From a bacterium (lineage in GTDB: Bacteria; RBG-13-61-14; DATKZS01): DNA of 64,000 nt. Positions 19,531 to 29,991 of the stretch are shown in pieces. The notes below the pieces were generated by a model, which saw nothing but the letters and a program-made list of their open reading frames with translations, was not told the DNA's origin and did not search any database. Position 1 is the stretch's first letter. Each line of letters begins with the position of its first letter. Both the position numbers and the translations under genes were made by a program. The DNA lies in the NCBI GenBank assembly GCA_963674965.2, contig CAXXFL010000004.1:128001-192000 (forward strand). The letters run 5' to 3'.

Positions 19531-20592
19531 ATGAGCCGAAGCAGTCGTCATATTTTACTTTTAATAACGTTACTGGCCGCCCAACTGGCCGGCGCGGCGG
19601 CGATGGGCCAGATGGAGCTTCCGCCCCCCAATCTCGGGTCTCCTCCAGCGCGAGGCGATAAGGACCATCCCCAAGTATCCGGAAACTCGGGCCAGGCCCC
19701 GGGCGACTCGGCCCAGATTCCGTTTAAGCCCCCGCCCGAAGTAAGCGTCAGCGCCCGTCTCGACCGGACCCATGTCCCCAGGGACGAAAGCTTAAGTCTC
19801 ATTATTACTCTCGAGTGGACCGAGAGCGCCCTCGAGGTCAATCCTCCTCTCGAGTTCGATTTCCCCGACCCGCCCTCCGGCGAGGGCTTGACGTTGTTTG
19901 CCAACCGGCTTTACTCGGTAACCGAGCTTAAAAAGAACTCGGTCACGGTTACCCGGACATACGAGTACGAGTTTCGCGCCGACGTGGAGGGAGAGACTAA
20001 AGTCGGCCCCGTGTCCATCGCTTATAAAAGGACAGGATCGGAAGAAGCCAGGGACCTCGAGACCCAGCCCCTGCCCGTGACCGTTACCGCGCCCCGGCTG
20101 AGGCTGGGGAAAGCCGTAAAGAGCGGCCCCGGCCTGGCCGTAATTATCGTGGCTCTTGTCGCGGCCGTCGCGGGCCTGGTTGTCTCGATCGTCCGGGCCC
20201 GGCGAAAAAAACTCGAGGCTGAAAGACCGGTCGCGCCGGAAAAGACGGTCCACGACGAGGCGGCGGAGGGCCTTCTCGCGGCGGACCGACTTCGCATGGC
20301 CGGGAGAAACGACGAGTATATGAACGCGGTCCAGGCCGCGGTGAAAAGATACGTCCGGGACGCCTTCGGCAAGCGCGCCCGGACCGCGGACGAGGAAAAA
20401 CTGGCGGCCCTGGTCGCCTCGAGACTGGGCGAGGAATGGAACGAGGGGCTGGCGGACTTCTTCCGGGTGGCCGGTGAGGTCAGGTTCTCGGGCCGCGAGC
20501 CGACGCGCGAGGAAATGGACAAGGTCATGGCCTTTGCCCGCTCCCTGGTGGCCCGGGCCAAGGCGGAAACGGAGACTTCAGGCGGCGCCTGA
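19531..20592 (+). CDS. BatD-like exported membrane-anchored protein
   Basis: Signal peptide, VSARLDRT Ig-like domain, TM helix, C-terminal helical domain with EVRFS. Confidence 0.65.
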   Translation: MSRSSRHILLLITLLAAQLAGAAAMGQMELPPPNLGSPPARGDKDHPQVSGNSGQAPGDSAQIPFKPPPEVSVSARLDRTHVPRDESLSLIITLEWTESALEVNPPLEFDFPDPPSGEGLTLFANRLYSVTELKKNSVTVTRTYEYEFRADVEGETKVGPVSIAYKRTGSEEARDLETQPLPVTVTAPRLRLGKAVKSGPGLAVIIVALVAAVAGLVVSIVRARRKKLEAERPVAPEKTVHDEAAEGLLAADRLRMAGRNDEYMNAVQAAVKRYVRDAFGKRARTADEEKLAALVASRLGEEWNEGLADFFRVAGEVRFSGREPTREEMDKVMAFARSLVARAKAETETSGGA

Positions 20593-20647
20593 GCGGCGGC
20601 ATACATAAATCGGCGTCTGAAAAATACCGAACGGGGGAGAGAGAAAA

Positions 20648-21637
20648 ATGACGATGGAAATGCGGGAGATTCAAGACAAGGTCCAGGAACAAAGCAAGTT
20701 CGTGGACGCGGTCCTGGGCGAGGCCGGAAAGGTTATCGTTGGGCAGCGGCGCATGCTCGAGCGTCTTCTGATAGCCCTTCTCGCCGACGGTCACGTTTTG
20801 TTGGAGGGCGTTCCCGGGCTGGCCAAGACCCTGACCATCCGGACGCTGTCGGACGTGATAAGGACGAGCTTTCGGCGCATCCAGTTCACTCCCGACCTTT
20901 TGCCCGCGGATATAGTTGGCACCCTGATCTACGACCCTCGCGAGGGTACCTTCACGCCGAAAAAGGGGCCCATCTTCGCGAACCTTATTTTGGCGGACGA
21001 GATCAACCGGGCCCCGGCCAAGGTCCAGAGCGCCCTGCTCGAGGCCATGGCCGAGCGTCAGGTGACCATCGGCGACGCGACCTATAGGCTGGACGAGCCT
21101 TTTCTGGTGATGGCCACTCAGAACCCGATCGAACAGGAGGGCACTTATCCTCTTCCCGAGGCCCAGGTGGACAGGTTCATGCTCAAGGTCGTGGTCGATT
21201 ATCCGGACAAGAAAGAGGAACTGGAGATCATGGAGCGGATGGCGGGCGAGGCCGCCCCCAAGGCGAGCCAGGTCATAGGGCCGGAGGATATCATCGCGGC
21301 GCGCGAGGCCGTGCGCGCCATTTACGTTGACCCGAAGATCAAGCAATACATAGTCGACGTGGTCTTCGCCACCAGGGACCCGGCCTCCCACGGGCTGAAG
21401 GAAATGGCGGGAATGATCGCCTACGGCGCCAGTCCCCGCGCCTCGATTTACCTCAACCTGGCGGCCAAGGCCCATGCTTTTCTAAGGCGCCGGGGCTACG
21501 TGACCCCGGAGGACGTCAAGGCCGTCGGGCTGGACGTCCTCCGCCATCGCGTGATCGTGACCTACGAGGCCGAGGCGGAGGAAATAACGAGCGACGCCGT
21601 GGTGCGCCGGGTTTTCGACAACGTGGAGATACCGTAA
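20648..21637 (+). CDS. moxR: MoxR family AAA+ ATPase
   Basis: LEGVPGLAKT, RIQFTPDLLPAD, LADEINRAPAKVQSALLEAM, ATQNPIEQEGTYPLPEAQ.DRF. Confidence 0.96.
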   Translation: MTMEMREIQDKVQEQSKFVDAVLGEAGKVIVGQRRMLERLLIALLADGHVLLEGVPGLAKTLTIRTLSDVIRTSFRRIQFTPDLLPADIVGTLIYDPREGTFTPKKGPIFANLILADEINRAPAKVQSALLEAMAERQVTIGDATYRLDEPFLVMATQNPIEQEGTYPLPEAQVDRFMLKVVVDYPDKKEELEIMERMAGEAAPKASQVIGPEDIIAAREAVRAIYVDPKIKQYIVDVVFATRDPASHGLKEMAGMIAYGASPRASIYLNLAAKAHAFLRRRGYVTPEDVKAVGLDVLRHRVIVTYEAEAEEITSDAVVRRVFDNVEIP

Positions 21638-21648
21638 GGAACAAATCC

Positions 21649-22566
21649 ATGGCTCTCGAGCAAAGACATGAGGCGGGGCCGGGGGGCGAGGAGTCGATCC
21701 GCGACGTCCTTAAAAAGGTCCGCCGCGTCGAGATAGCCACCAGGAGGGTGGTCAACGAGGTCATGGCCGGCCAGTACCACAGCGTGTTCAAGGGCCGGGG
21801 CATGGAGTTCGCCGAGGTGCGCGAATACCAGCCGGGCGACGACGCCAGGATCATCGACTGGAACGTGACCGCGAGGGCGGGGACCCCCTTCGTCAAGATA
21901 TTCCATGAAGAGCGCGAGTTGACCGTGATACTGATGGTCGACGCCAGCTCGTCTCTTTTCTTCGGCACCCGGGACAGGACCAAGGCGGATTTGGCCGCCG
22001 AGCTTTGCGCGCTTCTGGCCTTCTCGGCCATCCAGAACAACGACCGGGTGGGGCTCATCATATTCACGGACAAGGTCGAGCGGGCCATACCTCCTAAAAA
22101 GGGAAGAAAACACGTGCTCCGCATCATCCGGGAGGCCATGTTCTTTCGGCCCCGCGGCAAGGAGACCGACGTCGAGGCCGCTCTCGAGTACTTGTCGCGA
22201 GTATATAAAAGGAAAGCCGTGGTCTTCCTCATTTCCGACTTCATGGCTGAGGGATACGAGAAGGCCATGCGGATAGCCGGCAAGCGCCACGACCTTATCG
22301 CCGTGCCCCTTTCCGACCCTCGGGAGCTCGAGCTCGAGCCCGCGGGCCTGGTCGAGCTCGAGGACGCGGAAACGGGCCGGACCATGACGGTCGACACCAA
22401 CGACGAGAGGACGAGACAATTGTTCAAGGAAATGGGCATGGGCCATGAAAGGGACCTTGAAAGCGCGTTTCGGTCGGCGGACCTGGACGCCATACCCATA
22501 AGGGCCGGAGAGCCTTACGAGAAGTCCTTGATCAAGTTTTTCAGGACCAGGGCAAGGAGGACGTAA
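21649..22566 (+). CDS. DUF58 VWA-like protein
   Basis: GRGMEFAEVREYQPGDD.R.IDWNVTAR, EERE, DASSS, NDRVG, ISDF. Confidence 0.93.
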   Translation: MALEQRHEAGPGGEESIRDVLKKVRRVEIATRRVVNEVMAGQYHSVFKGRGMEFAEVREYQPGDDARIIDWNVTARAGTPFVKIFHEERELTVILMVDASSSLFFGTRDRTKADLAAELCALLAFSAIQNNDRVGLIIFTDKVERAIPPKKGRKHVLRIIREAMFFRPRGKETDVEAALEYLSRVYKRKAVVFLISDFMAEGYEKAMRIAGKRHDLIAVPLSDPRELELEPAGLVELEDAETGRTMTVDTNDERTRQLFKEMGMGHERDLESAFRSADLDAIPIRAGEPYEKSLIKFFRTRARRT

Positions 22567-23435
22567 TGGCCGATGAAAGAGACCAAAAAGGAAAACAAGA
22601 GGAAAAAACGGATATAAAGGCCGAGTCCTCCTGGATAAGCGCGTCGAATATAATAATCCTGACCCTGCTTTTGGGGATAGTGGTGCTCGTCTATATCGAG
22701 ATCGGCTCGGTGTATAAACCGGATGGGGAAGGGTCCATGATCGCGGCTTCCGCCCTCGAGTCAAGGGGCCTTTTCAAGGCGGCCCTCGACGAGTACGACC
22801 GCTACCGGTCCATGACGACCATGAGCAGAAAGGAAGAAGCCGAGCTTTTATACAAGCAGGGAAAACTGGCGGAGGACAAACTTAACGACTGGGACCGGGC
22901 CCTCGCCTATTACACCGTGGCCAACGTTTACTTTCCCGAGGCCGGATGGTCGTCCGACCTGGGAAAAAGGAGCGTGGCCTGCATGCAGAAAATGGGGGAT
23001 TCGAAAAGAGCTCAGTCCCTGCTGGTCCAGCTTACGGACGAGAACGAGCCGGTCCTACCCAGGGAGATCGGGGACGAGCAAAGCCCGGTGGTGGCCGTGC
23101 TTGACGGAAGGAGCGTGAGGTGGTCCGAGGTCGAGTCCGCCTTGTCGGTTGAGTACCAGGATCACGATACCGATGACCCCGAGGTCAGGAAAAAAATGGT
23201 GAGGAGCTACGTATTCGTCTGGATGGCCGCGATGGAGGCCAAGCGGTCGGATATCGACTCCGAGCCCAAGGTGATAGTCGCCATGGAGCAGGCCCAGCGC
23301 TCGGCCTTGGCCCAGGCCTGGATGGGACGAGAGTTTAAAGGAACGGCCAAGGAGGATAACCTTGAGGAGCTATGGAATACGCTGACCAAGATTCATGGAG
23401 CGAGGATTTTCGATGGAGCTATCTCGGCGCCATAA
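22566..23435 (+). CDS. Membrane-anchored TPR protein with SurA/PpiC N-terminal-like region
   Basis: N-terminal TM, TPR-like helices, then VVAVLDGRSVRWSEV...EAKRSDIDSEP. Confidence 0.6.
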   Translation: MADERDQKGKQEEKTDIKAESSWISASNIIILTLLLGIVVLVYIEIGSVYKPDGEGSMIAASALESRGLFKAALDEYDRYRSMTTMSRKEEAELLYKQGKLAEDKLNDWDRALAYYTVANVYFPEAGWSSDLGKRSVACMQKMGDSKRAQSLLVQLTDENEPVLPREIGDEQSPVVAVLDGRSVRWSEVESALSVEYQDHDTDDPEVRKKMVRSYVFVWMAAMEAKRSDIDSEPKVIVAMEQAQRSALAQAWMGREFKGTAKEDNLEELWNTLTKIHGARIFDGAISAP

Positions 23436-24510
23436 ATTAGCACCGCTATTTGTGATGGTCGCCTGGGCCGCCATCCTCGCGGCGCGGACCGTCCTGGCCG
23501 CGGGGCCGTCTCTTCCCCCGTCGCCGGGAGTGCAACCGGCGCCGGTTCCGCGAATTCCAGGCGGACTGGCGGGAGACGAGGGCGCCCGGATATCGACCCG
23601 GCTGGATAAGTGCGTCATCCGGGTGGGAGACGAGATCGAGTACTCCCTCTCGGTCGAGGTCCCGCCGGGATGGAACGTCACCATGGCCCATCCCGGGGCC
23701 CAGCTCGGAAGGTTCCTTATCCGGGATTACAGCTTCCCCGACGAAAGGGAAGAAGAAAAAAACTGGACCGAATCCATTGGCCAAACGCTGGCCAAAATAA
23801 GCGGGGCATCCGGCCTGGCCGGCGGAGTCAGGCGGGACTTTCGCTTTACCATAACCTCCTACGAGACGGGTGACCTTGATATTCCGCCCTTGCCCATCGT
23901 GGTGGCGGGACCGGACGGGGTCCCCCATTACCTTTTCGCCGAGTCGGCCAAGGTAAGGGTCGCCCCCGTCACCAACCCCGAGGACCTGACCATAAAGGAC
24001 ATAAAGCCCCCAATGGAAATCCCCATCAACTACAAGCCTTATCTTGCCTGGCTTCTCGTTCCCATACTTATTATCGCCGCCGCCATTTTTGCCCTTTGGC
24101 GGCTGCGGAGGCCGGCCGAGGCCGACCTGGAACTCCCGGACCTGAGACCCGCCCACGTCATCGCCCTCGAGGAACTGTCGGAACTGGAAAAAGACGATCT
24201 CATCGCGAGCGGGGAATTCGAGAGGTTCTATACCAGGCTCTCCTGGATACTGCGCAAGTACGTGGCCCTGAGGTTCGGCGTATTCGCCCTCGAGTACACC
24301 ACGGGCGAGATTTGCTCGGTGCTTTCCAGGATGGAGTTGACCCTCTCGGGCCATGAGAAGATAAAGGAACTCCTCGAGGAGTCGGACCAGGTCAAGTTCG
24401 CCCGGGCCGAGCCGGGCATCGAGGAGAGAAACTCGGCCATCGAACGGACAAGGAGAATAGTCGAGGAAACCATGGAAAGAATCGAGGACGAAGGGAGGGC
24501 GGCGGCGTGA
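23395..24510 (+). CDS. Bat-operon exported protein (BatD/DUF4381-like)
   Basis: Signal, Ig-like domain, IKDIKPP, TM, IALEEL, FYTRLS.ILR.Y, TTGE, DQVKFA. Confidence 0.75.
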   Translation: MERGFSMELSRRHKLAPLFVMVAWAAILAARTVLAAGPSLPPSPGVQPAPVPRIPGGLAGDEGARISTRLDKCVIRVGDEIEYSLSVEVPPGWNVTMAHPGAQLGRFLIRDYSFPDEREEEKNWTESIGQTLAKISGASGLAGGVRRDFRFTITSYETGDLDIPPLPIVVAGPDGVPHYLFAESAKVRVAPVTNPEDLTIKDIKPPMEIPINYKPYLAWLLVPILIIAAAIFALWRLRRPAEADLELPDLRPAHVIALEELSELEKDDLIASGEFERFYTRLSWILRKYVALRFGVFALEYTTGEICSVLSRMELTLSGHEKIKELLEESDQVKFARAEPGIEERNSAIERTRRIVEETMERIEDEGRAAA

Positions 24511-25511
24511 TATTTCGTTTCCTCCATCCCTGGTTCCTGGTCGGCCTGGCCCTTTTGCCCGTCCTTTATCTCGCCTACAAATGGATCGACGCTCGGGCAA
24601 GGGCCAGGATCGTCTTTTCCGACGTGTCGCTTTTCAAGGACATTCCTCCCTCGCCAAGGGTGGTCCTCCGTCACGCGCCCATGGCGGCGCGGCTCGCGGC
24701 GCTGGGCCTTCTCGCCGTGGCCGTAGCCCGGCCGCAGTATGGAAACAGGACCCAGGAAATCAAGTCCAAGGGCATCGACATAATGATGGTCCTGGACGTG
24801 TCCGGCTCGATGCGCGAGAAGGACCTGGAGCCCACCAGGCTGGAGGCGGCCAAAAGAGTGATCCAGAGGTTTATCGACGGCCGCGAGAAGGGGCTTCAGA
24901 ACGACAGGATCGGCCTGGTGGCCTTTTCCCGCATAGCCCTCACCCGCTGTCCCCTGACCGTGGACTATACCATCTTGAAGAAGATCACCGCCTCCCTCGA
25001 CTACGCCAGGAGGGAGTTCGACGGCACCGCCATCGGCTCGGGACTGGCCACGGCCGTGGCCAGGCTGAAGGACTCGGAGGCCAAAAGCAAGGTCGTCATC
25101 CTGGTAACGGACGGCCAGAACAACGCCGGGGAGTACGATCCGCTCACGGCGGCCAGGATAGCCCAGGCCCTGGGAGTAAGGGTATACACGATCGGCGTCG
25201 TGCCCACCAGTTCCATGCGCCAGATATCGGACGCCATCTTCGGCGTCTCCTTTCAGATGGCCGCCAGCGACGTGGACGAGACCCAGATGAAGCAAATCGC
25301 CGAAATGACCGGGGGGAAATATTTCAAGGCCGAGGACGCGAAGGGCCTTATAAAAATCTTCGCCGAGATCGACAAGCTGGAAAAAACCGAGGTCAAGGTC
25401 AAGGAGTTTTACAGGTACTCGGAGGCTTTCGCGCCCTGGGCCGCGCTGGCCTTCATCGCCGTCCTTACCGAGACGTTCATCAGCCGGACGGTGCTTCGGA
25501 GGATACCGTGA
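24507..25511 (+). CDS. batA: BatA-like VWA protein
   Basis: FLHPW, ARPQ, MIDAS DVSGSM, DRIGLVAF, GTAIG, TDG.NNAG. Confidence 0.9.
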   Translation: MIFRFLHPWFLVGLALLPVLYLAYKWIDARARARIVFSDVSLFKDIPPSPRVVLRHAPMAARLAALGLLAVAVARPQYGNRTQEIKSKGIDIMMVLDVSGSMREKDLEPTRLEAAKRVIQRFIDGREKGLQNDRIGLVAFSRIALTRCPLTVDYTILKKITASLDYARREFDGTAIGSGLATAVARLKDSEAKSKVVILVTDGQNNAGEYDPLTAARIAQALGVRVYTIGVVPTSSMRQISDAIFGVSFQMAASDVDETQMKQIAEMTGGKYFKAEDAKGLIKIFAEIDKLEKTEVKVKEFYRYSEAFAPWAALAFIAVLTETFISRTVLRRIP

Positions 25512-25524
25512 TGGAGAACGGCAA

Positions 25525-26541
25525 ATGAACTTCGCTCATCCCGGCGTCCTTTATCTGCTCCTCCTGGTCCCGGCCCTGGCCCTGGCGCTTATATTCTCCG
25601 CCCGGGCCGCCAAAAGGGCGCTGGCCAGGTTCGGAAACCCCGAGCTGCTGGAAAGGGCGGGCATGGCCGTGTCCGGACGGGCCAGGCTCCTCAAGGCCTC
25701 GAGCCTTTTAGCGGCGGTCTCCCTTTTGATAGTGGCGCTGGCCGGACCCCGGTGGGGGGCAACGCGGGAGAAAATCGAGCGCAAGGGAGTGGACGTGGTC
25801 ATCGCCATGGACACCTCGAAGTCGATGCTGGCCCAGGACGTGGCGCCCTCCCGCCTTGCCAAGTCCAAGCTGGCCGTCGAGAAGCTGGTGGACATGATGA
25901 GGGGAGACAGGGTGGGCCTGGTGGCCTACGCGGGGGCCGCCTTTACCATGTGTCCACTCACTCTCGACTACGGGGCGGTGAAGATGTTCCTGGACATTAT
26001 CGACGTCAATACCGTGCCCGACCCGGGGACCGACATAGCCGACGCGCTGAGACAGGCGGGGCAAAACTTCGAGGACGAGACGGAAAAGTTCAAGGTGATT
26101 ATACTCATCTCGGACGGCGAGGACCTTGAGAGCGAGGGAAAGGACGACCCGGTCAAGGAGGCCGAGGAACTGGCCGATCGCGGAGTTATCATATATACGG
26201 TGGGCGTGGGCGAGACGAGGGGGGCCTCGATCCCGGTCGAGACCCCCGGCGGCGTGGTGGACAAGGTCGACCGTTCCGGCAACGTGGTAATAACACGGCT
26301 GGATGAGGACTCTCTCCGCAAGATAGCCCTCGCGGGCGGGGGAAAGTACAAGCGGCTCGATAACCGGGCGAGCGGGGAAGAGCTGGCGGACATATACAAA
26401 TCCATCGCCGGCATGGAGAAGAAGACCTTCGAGGAGGACTACAGGGTGAGCTATGAGGAAAGGTTCCAGTGGTTCCTGGGCGCCGCCTTTATCCTTTTGG
26501 CCCTCGAGCTGGTCATACCTGACGGGCGGAGAAGAAAATGA
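25525..26541 (+). CDS. batB: BatB-like VWA protein
   Basis: FAHP, LAGPRWG, DTSKSMLAQDVAPSRL, DRVGLV, SDGED. Confidence 0.9.
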   Translation: MNFAHPGVLYLLLLVPALALALIFSARAAKRALARFGNPELLERAGMAVSGRARLLKASSLLAAVSLLIVALAGPRWGATREKIERKGVDVVIAMDTSKSMLAQDVAPSRLAKSKLAVEKLVDMMRGDRVGLVAYAGAAFTMCPLTLDYGAVKMFLDIIDVNTVPDPGTDIADALRQAGQNFEDETEKFKVIILISDGEDLESEGKDDPVKEAEELADRGVIIYTVGVGETRGASIPVETPGGVVDKVDRSGNVVITRLDEDSLRKIALAGGGKYKRLDNRASGEELADIYKSIAGMEKKTFEEDYRVSYEERFQWFLGAAFILLALELVIPDGRRRK

Positions 26542-27449
26542 GGAATTTAATTATATCGGTCGCCGCGGGCGCGGTCCTTTTTGCCTCGCTTTCGCCTTTC
26601 GCCGGGGCGAGGGGAGAGGATAAGTCCGGCCTTATCGACTCGATCAAGGCCAACGCCGCCTCGAGGGAGGGGAACGCCCTCTACCACGAGGGCAAGTACG
26701 ATCCCAGCCGCGCGTCCTACCTTAGGGCCGGCAACATGGCGCCCGAGAAGAGTGAGGACGCCCGCCGCCTCGGCTACAACGTGGGCGCGACCTATTACAA
26801 GGAGGGCAGGTACGACGAGGCGGAGAAGGAGTTCCAGGCCGCGGCCATGGCCGAGGACGAAAAGCTCCGCGAGGCCGCCCATTACGGGCTGGGGAACGTG
26901 TATTTCAATAAAGGGCTCGAGGCCCAGGATATCGAGATTTTAAAGAAGTCGGTGGAAGAATACACCAAGGCCCTCGAGATAAACCCGGACGACGAGCAGG
27001 CCAAGTTCAACATCGAGGTGGTCAGAAGACATATAAAACTGGAACAGGAGAAACAAAAAAACCAACCGAATACCTGCCCGAACAAGAAAGAAGAACAAAA
27101 ACAACAAGGCCAGGAACGGAAGGATCAAAACCAGCAGCAAAACGCCTCCCAGCAACAACGGACGAGCGAAGACGATAAAAAGGAAGAGGGCGAGAAAAAG
27201 GACGAGGATAAGAAAAACGAGGAGGGTAAGGAAGAACAAAAGGATATGACGGCCGGCCAGGACGGCGACACCTCCCAGCAACCTCCCCCGGAGTCCGCGA
27301 AGCCCAAGCAGGGGGAAAAGGCGCCCGAGGAGTTGAGCAAGGAGGAAGCGAAAAGACTTCTGCAGGCGATCGAGCAGCACGAGAAGGAGAACATGAAGAA
27401 GATCACGGCCGGCAGGCCGACGCCGGCGGGCAAGGAGAAGGACTGGTGA
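26538..27449 (+). CDS. batC: BatC-like TPR protein with Q/E/K-rich linker
   Basis: GN.LY, YNVG..YY, YGLGN, ALEINPDD, low-complexity region, EEAKRLL, terminal KDW. Confidence 0.85.
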   Translation: MRNLIISVAAGAVLFASLSPFAGARGEDKSGLIDSIKANAASREGNALYHEGKYDPSRASYLRAGNMAPEKSEDARRLGYNVGATYYKEGRYDEAEKEFQAAAMAEDEKLREAAHYGLGNVYFNKGLEAQDIEILKKSVEEYTKALEINPDDEQAKFNIEVVRRHIKLEQEKQKNQPNTCPNKKEEQKQQGQERKDQNQQQNASQQQRTSEDDKKEEGEKKDEDKKNEEGKEEQKDMTAGQDGDTSQQPPPESAKPKQGEKAPEELSKEEAKRLLQAIEQHEKENMKKITAGRPTPAGKEKDW

Positions 27450-29227
27450 CAAGGCGGATATCAATATTTTTGCTCGCGCTTGTTTTCCCGCTTATGGCCC
27501 TGGCCGACCCGGCCAAGTTGACGGTCGAGGCTGACAGGACCAGCGTCACGGTCGGGGAGAGAATCAATCTAACCGTCACCCTGGAGGGAGACGGAGTGAA
27601 ATACGGCTCCCCTTTCCAGCTACCCGACCTCTCTCCATACCTCACGCTGGTGGGACAGCGCGGGCCATTTTCGGAAAGCTCGACGACTATAATTAACGGC
27701 AGGATGGAACGGTCGGCCAAGGTTTCCATAACCTACCAGTTCGAGGCCAGGAAGGCGGGCACGATAAAAATCCCTCCCCTCAGCTATCCGGTGGAAAACC
27801 GGACCGCGCGATCGAACCCGATCGAGATAGCCATATCCGACGCGGTCCGGCCAACGGTCATCGAGGGCGATACGGGATGGCGTCCCCCCTCGGACCCCTA
27901 CGTTCGGGTCGAGCTCGACAAGGACGAGGCTTACGTGGGAGAACAAATAGTCGCCACCGTCTACCTTTATTATAGAAACGACTTTATCAACCCCGAGCTG
28001 GCGCCGATCGACACGGGAACGGACTTTATCGAGTCGAAACTGGGATACGCCACCTCGCTGGACCCCAAAACGGAGACTTTCGGCGGCGAGAGATGGAAGG
28101 TGGCCTATTTATATTCCCAGGCCCTGTTCCCCATCAAGGCCGGTGAGGCGCTTATAAGGCCCGTGACCTTCAAGTATTTCGTGGCCACGGGAAGAAGGAG
28201 CTTCTTCGGTCCCGTCACTGAGGGCTACGCGGTCAGTTCCGACCCCATCAAAATCAAGATCAAGCCCTTGCCGGTGGCGGGAAGGCCCGCGGACTTCGAG
28301 GGCGAGGTGGGCAGTTTCGATATCAAGGTTACTCCGTCCTTTGGAAGTCTCAAGGCCAACGAGCAGTTCAAGTTCACGGTCTCGATCGAGGGCACGGGCC
28401 ACATGGACTACATATCCAAGCCCCGGTTCGAGCCGCCAGAGGGTTTCGACCTCTACACGGAGGGCGTGGAAAAGGACTACCTCAAGGACAAAGGCAGGGC
28501 GGTGGGCAGGCGGCGCTTCAAGATGATACTCGTTCCCCACAAAGAGGGCAAGCACGTTCTTCCTCCCTTTACCCTGTCCTATTTCGATCCCGAGTCGGGC
28601 CAATATAAAACCGCCAAAAGTCCCGGCGTCAGGCTGATGGTTTCTCCGGGCGACAAGTCGTCCGAGCCTCTCCCACTGGCCGCGTCCGAGCCGGAGGTGA
28701 TATCGGCGGTGGGGGCGGACCTTCGCTACGTCAAGCCCGATCTGGACGAATATGACGGAAGCGTCGGGTGGCTCGGTTACTCGCCGGCCTTCGCGGCGGC
28801 CCAGCTCGCTCCGGCGGCGGCCGTGCTGGCGTCGATCTTTCTGAGAAGGAGAAAGGACAAGCTGCGCCATGACGTGGCTTTTGCCAGGCGTCTTCGCGCG
28901 AACAAGGAAAGCGCAAGGGCCATGCGCGAGGCCCGAGCCGCCCTGGCCAAGGGGGACTCGGCCCAGGCCTGCGCGGACGTGTACAGGGCCCTGGCCGGTT
29001 TCGTCTCGGACAACCTGAACCTGGCCGAGGCGGGACTCACCGCGGCCGAGGTGACCGACGCCCTTCTCGAGGCCGGGGCCTCGGAGGAGGCCGTCGAGCT
29101 GACGCGGGAGCTGCTTGGAAGCTGCGACATGGCGCGGTTCGGCCTTGGCGAGGGGACGGACGCTCGATCGATCGTCGATAAGGGAGAAGCGCTTCTGGCG
29201 AGGCTGGCGAAGGAGACCAGGCAATGA
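27446..29227 (+). CDS. batD: BatD-like protein
   Basis: Signal, three Ig-like repeats, YVGEQ, PLP...F.G.VG.F, YFDP, TM. Confidence 0.85.
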   Translation: MTRRISIFLLALVFPLMALADPAKLTVEADRTSVTVGERINLTVTLEGDGVKYGSPFQLPDLSPYLTLVGQRGPFSESSTTIINGRMERSAKVSITYQFEARKAGTIKIPPLSYPVENRTARSNPIEIAISDAVRPTVIEGDTGWRPPSDPYVRVELDKDEAYVGEQIVATVYLYYRNDFINPELAPIDTGTDFIESKLGYATSLDPKTETFGGERWKVAYLYSQALFPIKAGEALIRPVTFKYFVATGRRSFFGPVTEGYAVSSDPIKIKIKPLPVAGRPADFEGEVGSFDIKVTPSFGSLKANEQFKFTVSIEGTGHMDYISKPRFEPPEGFDLYTEGVEKDYLKDKGRAVGRRRFKMILVPHKEGKHVLPPFTLSYFDPESGQYKTAKSPGVRLMVSPGDKSSEPLPLAASEPEVISAVGADLRYVKPDLDEYDGSVGWLGYSPAFAAAQLAPAAAVLASIFLRRRKDKLRHDVAFARRLRANKESARAMREARAALAKGDSAQACADVYRALAGFVSDNLNLAEAGLTAAEVTDALLEAGASEEAVELTRELLGSCDMARFGLGEGTDARSIVDKGEALLARLAKETRQ

Positions 29228-29991
29228 AAAGGACGGCAAATCTTATTCTCGCGCTCCTGGCCGCCATCATAATGCCTTTATCCGCGGGGGCCTCCTCGGC
29301 GGCGGCCCGCTACAACCATGGCAACGAGCTTTACAAGGCGGGGGAATACGCCAAGGCGGCCGAGGAGTATAACAAGGCCATCGAGGAGGGCGGCGCCAAC
29401 GCCATGGCCTATTACAACCTGGGAAACGCCAGGCTCAAATCGGGCGACCTGGGACGGGCCGTCATGGCCTATCTCAAGGCCAAAGAACTGGCGCCCCGCG
29501 ACCCGGATATTGAGTACAACCTGGATTACGCCAGGGGCCTGGTCAAAACCCAGCTTCCGCCGCTCGAGCGCGGTCCTTTTAGCAAGGCCTTCTTCTGGGT
29601 CCTTAACCTCTTCTCGGCCAATGGATGGACCGCGATCGCCGCGGTGATTTACTGGGCCGCGGCCGCGGCCGGGGTCTGGTTCGCCGTTTCCCGGGGCCGC
29701 GGAGGCAAGGAGGCGGCCAAGCCGGTCCTTTATACCCTGCTGGCGCTGTCGGCCATGGCCCTGGTTTTCACGGCCGTTCGCGTAAAGCTCGACGTTCTGA
29801 CGCCCCGGGCCGTGATCCTGGCGGACAAGGTCTCGGCCCTGTCGGGACCGGGCGACAACAACAAGGTCCTCTTCGAGACGTCCGAGGGGGTCGAGGTGGT
29901 GGTGGGCCAGTGCGATCAGGGCTGGTGCGAGGTCTCGGCGGCCGGCGGCTTCAGGGGATGGGTCAAGGCCGATTCTTTCGAGAGGCTATAG
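29224..29991 (+). CDS. batE: BatE-like TPR + SH3 protein
   Basis: GNELY, YYNLGNA, APRDPDIEYNL, two TM, SH3-like SGPG...EG...W...GWV. Confidence 0.85.
   Translation: MKRTANLILALLAAIIMPLSAGASSAAARYNHGNELYKAGEYAKAAEEYNKAIEEGGANAMAYYNLGNARLKSGDLGRAVMAYLKAKELAPRDPDIEYNLDYARGLVKTQLPPLERGPFSKAFFWVLNLFSANGWTAIAAVIYWAAAAAGVWFAVSRGRGGKEAAKPVLYTLLALSAMALVFTAVRVKLDVLTPRAVILADKVSALSGPGDNNKVLFETSEGVEVVVGQCDQGWCEVSAAGGFRGWVKADSFERL

Noticed and set aside
27040-27300. Purine-rich repetitive stretch
   Set aside because: It encodes the Q/E/K low-complexity linker typical of BatC; not a DNA repeat array.
29986-29991. Convergent genes sharing CTATAG stop overlap
   Set aside because: Common compact convergent arrangement with no further signal.
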